DNA from: an uncultured Hellea sp.
GTDB taxonomy: Bacteria; Pseudomonadota; Alphaproteobacteria; Caulobacterales; Maricaulaceae
DNA: 64,000 nucleotides
NCBI GenBank assembly: GCA_964576765.1
Contig: CAZNWH010000001.1
Location: forward strand, 15,451 to 79,450
Reading direction: 5' to 3'
Positions 59,067 through 64,000 of the stretch are shown piece by piece; position 1 is the stretch's first letter, and the number at the start of each line of letters is the position of its first letter. Below the pieces are notes generated by a model that made no database searches, had not been told where the DNA came from, and saw only the letters and a program-made list of their open reading frames with translations. Both the position numbers and the translations under genes were made by a program.

Positions 59067-59843
59067 TTAAGCAGTTTCCGGCGCACTGGAAAGGCTGGAA
59101 GTCTCAGCTCGATAAAGCTCCGGCAGCAGGTCAGCCAAATACCCCATTTCCTCTACCGCATGGGTGATCAAATCAACGCCATCCGATTTCCCGATTGCAA
59201 GTCGTCGCGCAAGATACGTATTGGCGAGCAGCGCTTCGAATGAAAACACCGCTTCATTGCCCTCGCGCTTGCTCACAAGCCCAAGCCAGAATCGGCTGCG
59301 CATTTCAGCGCCATAATCAGTACTGCGAATAACATGGCACATTTTCCCACTATAATAAGGCTTTTCCAGAAGGCCGGGATGCGCGCAGATGGCGACATCG
59401 TCTGGCCCGAGGGCGTTGGGCTGACCTAAAATGTTTTCAGGAGATACGAATTGAATGCGTAGCTTGAACAAATCCTTGCCAATATATTCATGTACGAGGC
59501 CGCTCGCGCCGATATGGTCTCCGGGAACCTTATTCTCCCAATCATACCAGATATGATCCGTGGGATGCCAACGCTTATATTGCTCGGTTGTTTCCAGATA
59601 GTCTCCAAACCACCAGCGCACCATTTCTGGCGTAACGTTCGGCATTCGCGTCAAGGCCGAAACTTCGAGCACCCCGTTGGAATGTCGTCTCACACCCGTT
59701 TCGAAGTCTGAATACTTATCCGCCCGCAGAAAATCTCCACTGGCCCCGCCCGTAAAGGGTGGCCAGCCAAAGATCGCGATAATCAGAACCGCAAGGAGCA
59801 AAACACCCATGGCAATGAGTGGGTGGTTTGCCGCCCATATCAT
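59067..59843 (-). CDS. DAPG hydrolase (PhlG) family protein
   Basis: MPNVTPEMVRWWF, YKRWHPTDH, HEYIG, EMRSRFWLG, HAVEEM..L...LPELY. Confidence 0.85.
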   Translation of the reverse strand: MIWAANHPLIAMGVLLLAVLIIAIFGWPPFTGGASGDFLRADKYSDFETGVRRHSNGVLEVSALTRMPNVTPEMVRWWFGDYLETTEQYKRWHPTDHIWYDWENKVPGDHIGASGLVHEYIGKDLFKLRIQFVSPENILGQPNALGPDDVAICAHPGLLEKPYYSGKMCHVIRSTDYGAEMRSRFWLGLVSKREGNEAVFSFEALLANTYLARRLAIGKSDGVDLITHAVEEMGYLADLLPELYRAETSSLSSAPETA

Positions 59844-60075
59844 TCTGTGTTTTGCTGTGTTAGGTTTGTCTCAGCAGCATAAAGTTCCGGTAGAAACTCT
59901 GCGAGAATGCCCATTTCCTGCGTGGCATGATTCATCAAATCTGTGGCGTCGGATTTTGGAACGCGGAGTTTTCGAGCAAGGTAAGTGTTGCCCTCAAGTT
60001 TGGTCATTCTGGAATTCTAGGCAAAATATTCTAATGAAATTCCCCCGGAGGACGATTCCACACAGCCACGGGATT

Positions 60076-60426
60076 TTAACTCCGATACATGACTATCTTT
60101 TTCCGGAGTCGTTCGCGCATTTTATCTATGTCGGCGATTTTCTTATCAAGCTCATCCAGCTTATCGGAAAATGCTGACACTATTTGCTCAAGTGACAAAC
60201 TGTCTTCTAAAAACAAATCCATGTATGGTTTGATTTCGTTAAGTGTGAAACCTAGCTCTTTAGACGCCGCGATATAATCCAGTCGGTCCAAGTCTTTTTC
60301 ATGGAAGTCATAATACTCACGGCTGCCAGCTTGTAGTTCCCCAAGGTTTAATAAGCCTAAGTCAACGTAATGGCGAATGGAGTCATTGGCTACTCCCGCC
60401 TTTTTAGAAAGTTCACTTATTAGCAT
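60076..60426 (-). CDS. MerR family regulator
   Basis: MLISELSKKAGV..IRHYVDLGLL, ELGFTLNEIK. Confidence 0.92.
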   Translation of the reverse strand: MLISELSKKAGVANDSIRHYVDLGLLNLGELQAGSREYYDFHEKDLDRLDYIAASKELGFTLNEIKPYMDLFLEDSLSLEQIVSAFSDKLDELDKKIADIDKMRERLRKKIVMYRS

Positions 60427-60448
60427 CGGTCTTTTTCCCAAATATAGC

Positions 60449-60480
60449 TTGACTGTGGAGTATGTCTATTAGTGTATGAG
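60449..60480 (+). promoter_or_regulatory. MerR-type extended-spacer promoter for iorAB
   Basis: TTGACT, 19-20 bp spacer with imperfect dyad, TATGAG; divergent from merR. Confidence 0.5.
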
Positions 60481-60512
60481 GCTTCAACGCATGAATCTAT
60501 TGGGAGGTAATA

Positions 60513-60974
60513 TTGAAATTCTCAGTCAATGGTCAAACTTATGAAGCTGATGTCGAAGAGGACATGCCTCTTTTATGGGTGCTCCGCGATGAGCTCAGGA
60601 TAACAGGCCCGAAATATGGTTGCGGTATTGCTCAATGTGGAGCTTGTACCGTGCATCTGGACGGAATGGCCGTACGGTCATGTTCTATCACAGCCGAGCA
60701 AGCCTCAGATGGTGATATTACGACGATTGAAGGATTAGGTATGCCTGGAAGCCTGCATGCCGTGCAGGAAGCCTGGGTCGATCATCAAGTTGCGCAGTGC
60801 GGTTATTGCCAACCGGGACAGATCATGTCTGCGGTTTCGCTTCTCTCTCTTAATCCGGATCCGTCGGATGAGGAAATAGATCAGGCTATGTCAGCCAATC
60901 TCTGTCGATGCGGTACATATCCGCGTATCCGCGCTGCAGTCAAAGATGCCGCTGCAAAGATGGGAGGCACGTAA
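60513..60974 (+). CDS. (2Fe-2S)-binding subunit of isoquinoline/aldehyde oxidoreductase (IorA-like)
   Basis: [27 protein letters not shown]. Confidence 0.95.
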   Translation: MKFSVNGQTYEADVEEDMPLLWVLRDELRITGPKYGCGIAQCGACTVHLDGMAVRSCSITAEQASDGDITTIEGLGMPGSLHAVQEAWVDHQVAQCGYCQPGQIMSAVSLLSLNPDPSDEEIDQAMSANLCRCGTYPRIRAAVKDAAAKMGGT

Positions 60975-63214
60975 TGGGAAAAGTCGTCAAATATACCCGC
61001 CGTGCTTTTCTGATTGGGGCGTCCGCTGTAGCCGGCGGCGTCGCATTTGGTTATTACAAATTCAAGACGCCTTATCCCAACCCGCTTGAAGCAGATTTGA
61101 ATGACGGTGAAGCTGCGCTAACACCCTATGTGTTGATCAAGTCTGACGGGGTGACAATCATTACGCCACGTGGAGAGATGGGTCAGGGTGTCCAGACGAC
61201 ACTTGCTGCCCTAGTCGCGGAAGAACTCGATATTTCTTGGGACAGTATTAAAATTGCTCATGGCCCAGCTGCCAAAGCCTATTACAATGCAGCCGTCATG
61301 GAAGAAGGCTTGCCTATCTCGTCACTCGATGAGAGCGGCTCAGCCAAGTTTATGCGAAAGAAAATCGTTCCAGTCGTTGCCAAAGCCATGGCCATGCAAA
61401 TCACGGGAGGATCAAGTGCCTCAGCTGACGCCTATGTCAAAATGCGGGTCGCTGGAGCAACAGCCCGGGAAGGGTTGAAGTCCGCAGCAGCGAAGCGAAT
61501 AGGTGTTAAGGCGCAAGAACTGAAGACCCAAGACGGACATGTCATTGCACCAAACGGGACAAAAATTGCATATACGGACTTGGCCATGGATGCGGCGAAG
61601 GTGAAATTACCCAAGTCGGTAACTTTACGCCCAGCATCAGAATGGAAATATGTCGGAAAATCCATGCCTCGCCTTGATATGGTAGATAAGGTTTCCGGCA
61701 CAGCGACTTTTGCGCCGGACTTGCGTTTTGAAGGCATGAAATTCGGGACTGTCAAAATGAACCCGCATCTGGGCGGCACGATGACATCCTATAATGCCGA
61801 TAAAGCCCTTAAAATGAAAGGCGTCGAAAAGATCGTTCCCCTAAGTAACGGTGTTATCATTATTGCAGACAATACATGGACAGCCTTCCAAGCCGCTGAC
61901 CTCATTGAGTGCGAATGGACCAAGGCGCCCTATCCAGACACCATGGAAGAGCATTACGCAGCATGTGCGGACGCTTTTGACACGAAACCGGACAGCCGGC
62001 TCCTTGATGATGGTGACGTGAACGCCGCTTTTGACGGTGCAGATATCGTATCTGGTGAATATCGAGTGCCTTATCTTGCCCATGCCTGTATGGAACCTGT
62101 CAATGCGACAGCACTATATCAAGATGGGCGACTAGATATATGGGCAGGAAATCAGGCACCTCTGGACATACAAAAATTCGCGGCAAAGGCGTCCAATTTA
62201 AAACCCGAAGACGTTCATATACATACGCAATATATGGGCGGTGGATTTGGCCGAAAAGGTGAAACTGATTTTACCGATTATGCCGTTCATGCGGCCATCG
62301 CAATGGAAGGCACGCCCGTACAGATCATGTGGCCACGTGAAGAAGATATGACACATGACTTCTACCGTCCGATTGCCATGGGCAGGTTCAGGGCGAGTGT
62401 CAAAGACGGAAAACCGGACGCGTTTGAGCTGAAAGTTTCATGTCCGTCCATCCTGTCATCAGTCGCCTCTCGCGGCGGGCCGAATATCCCCGGCAGTGAT
62501 ATTACGAATGCTATGACCATTTGGGATCAGCCCTATGATATTCCTAACTACCAGTCTTCGGCGTACCGTGCACGGCCGCTATTACCTGTGGGCTCATGGC
62601 GCTCGGTTGGGGGGACACAAAACGCCTTTTTCCAAGAAAGTGCGATGGATGAAATGGCGCATCTTGGCGGACTCGATCCCATGGAAATGCGCCTGCAGAT
62701 GATGAATAATGATGTCTGCAGAAAGGTACTGGAAAAAGTTGCTGACATGTCAAGCTGGGGCGGCACGCTCCCCGATGGACATGCTAGGGGCGTTTCGTTT
62801 GTTCATGCCTTTGCCGTCCCGACCGCAGAAGTTATTGAAATCAAGCAAACGCAGCGCGGAATCAAAGTCGTCAAAGCGTGGGTCGTTGTTGATGTCGGTG
62901 TGGCCCTTGATCCGCGAAATATAGAGGCTCAAGTCTTTGGCGGGCTGAACTTCGGTCTGGCGGCCGCAATCAATGGTGAAATTACGGTTGAGGATGGGAA
63001 AATTTCGCAGACCAATTTTCACGACTATGCTGCGCTACGTATGTATCAGGCCCCTAAGGTTGACGTCGCAATCTTCGAAAATGGCGCACATGTTCGTGGC
63101 ATCGGCGAACCGGGTACGCCGCCTGCTGCTCCGGCATTGGCAAATGCAGTGTTCTCGTTAACGGGTCAGCGCATACGCGAATTGCCGCTCGGTCGGCATA
63201 TCATGTTTGCATAG
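60974..63214 (+). CDS. Molybdopterin-binding subunit (IorB-like), Tat signal
   Basis: TRRAFL, EMGQG, GGGFGR, WRSVG, GIGEPG. Confidence 0.93.
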   Translation: MGKVVKYTRRAFLIGASAVAGGVAFGYYKFKTPYPNPLEADLNDGEAALTPYVLIKSDGVTIITPRGEMGQGVQTTLAALVAEELDISWDSIKIAHGPAAKAYYNAAVMEEGLPISSLDESGSAKFMRKKIVPVVAKAMAMQITGGSSASADAYVKMRVAGATAREGLKSAAAKRIGVKAQELKTQDGHVIAPNGTKIAYTDLAMDAAKVKLPKSVTLRPASEWKYVGKSMPRLDMVDKVSGTATFAPDLRFEGMKFGTVKMNPHLGGTMTSYNADKALKMKGVEKIVPLSNGVIIIADNTWTAFQAADLIECEWTKAPYPDTMEEHYAACADAFDTKPDSRLLDDGDVNAAFDGADIVSGEYRVPYLAHACMEPVNATALYQDGRLDIWAGNQAPLDIQKFAAKASNLKPEDVHIHTQYMGGGFGRKGETDFTDYAVHAAIAMEGTPVQIMWPREEDMTHDFYRPIAMGRFRASVKDGKPDAFELKVSCPSILSSVASRGGPNIPGSDITNAMTIWDQPYDIPNYQSSAYRARPLLPVGSWRSVGGTQNAFFQESAMDEMAHLGGLDPMEMRLQMMNNDVCRKVLEKVADMSSWGGTLPDGHARGVSFVHAFAVPTAEVIEIKQTQRGIKVVKAWVVVDVGVALDPRNIEAQVFGGLNFGLAAAINGEITVEDGKISQTNFHDYAALRMYQAPKVDVAIFENGAHVRGIGEPGTPPAAPALANAVFSLTGQRIRELPLGRHIMFA

Positions 63215-63222
63215 GGGCTATC

Positions 63223-63876
63223 ATGAAGAAACTTATTCTAAGTATATCAGTCCTTGTAGTCGGTACCATGGCTTATGCGGCCGACAAAACAGCAAAACCG
63301 ATTGCGGATATTAACCCGCCCACTGTGGCCACCGAGGCCGAAGGCCTCGCTGCCTTTCAACGTATCTATGAAGTGGCAAGCCATCCCCGCTGCGCCAACT
63401 GCCATGTTGGTGATGACAATATTCCTCGCTGGTCAGGACCAAGCTATGCGCCATTTCCGCCGGGGCAGGATTGGAAGTATCACGGCATGAATATAAACGC
63501 CGATGTTAGCCGGATTGGCGTTGAAACGTTGCCCTGCTCAACCTGTCATCAAACGACCCCTGATCTCAAAAGCGAGTCCCATGCTCCCCCTCACTTTGGA
63601 ATAGACTGGCAGCTTGCACCGGTCGAATTTGAGTGGTTCGGAAAATCGGCAAGTTTCATATGTAACCAGTTAAAAGATCCTGATCGGAATGGCGGACGCG
63701 ATTGGATGGGACTGGCACATCATCTGGTGGACGATGCCGGACACAGAGGTCCGGTTCTATGGGGATGGAAACCGAGCGGCAACCGCGAACCCGCGCCCTA
63801 TAGTTTGCAGCAACATGTTGATGATATGGTGGTTTGGGGTGTTGCAGGACAACCTTGCCCAAGTGAGGAGGAATAG
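63223..63876 (+). CDS. Exported c-type cytochrome associated with IorAB
   Basis: Signal peptide; CANCH and CSTCH heme motifs. Confidence 0.8.
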   Translation: MKKLILSISVLVVGTMAYAADKTAKPIADINPPTVATEAEGLAAFQRIYEVASHPRCANCHVGDDNIPRWSGPSYAPFPPGQDWKYHGMNINADVSRIGVETLPCSTCHQTTPDLKSESHAPPHFGIDWQLAPVEFEWFGKSASFICNQLKDPDRNGGRDWMGLAHHLVDDAGHRGPVLWGWKPSGNREPAPYSLQQHVDDMVVWGVAGQPCPSEEE

Positions 63877-63879
63877 CTC

Positions 63880-64000
63880 ATGAAACTCCAGTTGATTGTC
63901 GGGTTAGTTACAGGCTTTTTGTTTGGTCTTTTGCAGAGTGAGTCAATTCTTGGCATGATCCTATTTGCCGTGGTTGGGTTACTAGCTGGATATCTTGCAG
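63880..64000 (+). CDS. Partial hydrophobic ORF running off the right edge
   Basis: MKLQLIVGLVTGFLFGLL... open to the window end. Confidence 0.5.
   Translation, partial: MKLQLIVGLVTGFLFGLLQSESILGMILFAVVGLLAGYLA

Noticed and set aside
1..64000. CRISPR array, tRNA/rRNA, IS transposase, retron or other RT
   Set aside because: No regularly spaced repeats, recognisable RNA genes or such protein motifs seen; short antisense ORFs in the track were treated as shadows of real genes.

Overview
Alphaproteobacterial DNA (taxon inferred from gene content) in three blocks. (1) 1-38.9 kb: a large CoA-dependent lipid/carboxylate/aromatic catabolic island with acyl-CoA ligases, thiolases, SDRs, crotonases, ACADs, a TonB receptor, an LvaABC-like kinase/ACAD pair and an HMG-CoA lyase + CoA-transferase + LeuCD module. 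A shared TTGCTTG-N7-ACAA operator recurs in its promoters. (2) 39.2-50 kb: the transfer core and leading region of a Tn4371/ICEMlSym-like element (ardA, small ORFs, parB-like, DUF736, fseA-like DUF2285, rdfS-like, DUF2840, traF, oriT, relaxase, ORF6N). No integrase or T4SS is in the window. (3) 50-64 kb: an AraC-regulated sulfatase/GH3/GH2/GDSL cluster, a uxaC remnant, a PhlG-like hydrolase and a MerR-iorAB-cytochrome c unit. The standout is a ~1.1-kb fold-back at 43.7-44.8 kb: a diverged inverted copy of the whole DUF736 transcription unit. Its substitutions are strongly biased to G-T wobble pairs on the minus strand, the same strand the predicted oriT nic site marks for transfer. This suggests the incoming ssDNA folds into a complete double-stranded gene for immediate expression in the recipient. 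All calls come from manual reading and motif recognition; no searches were run.
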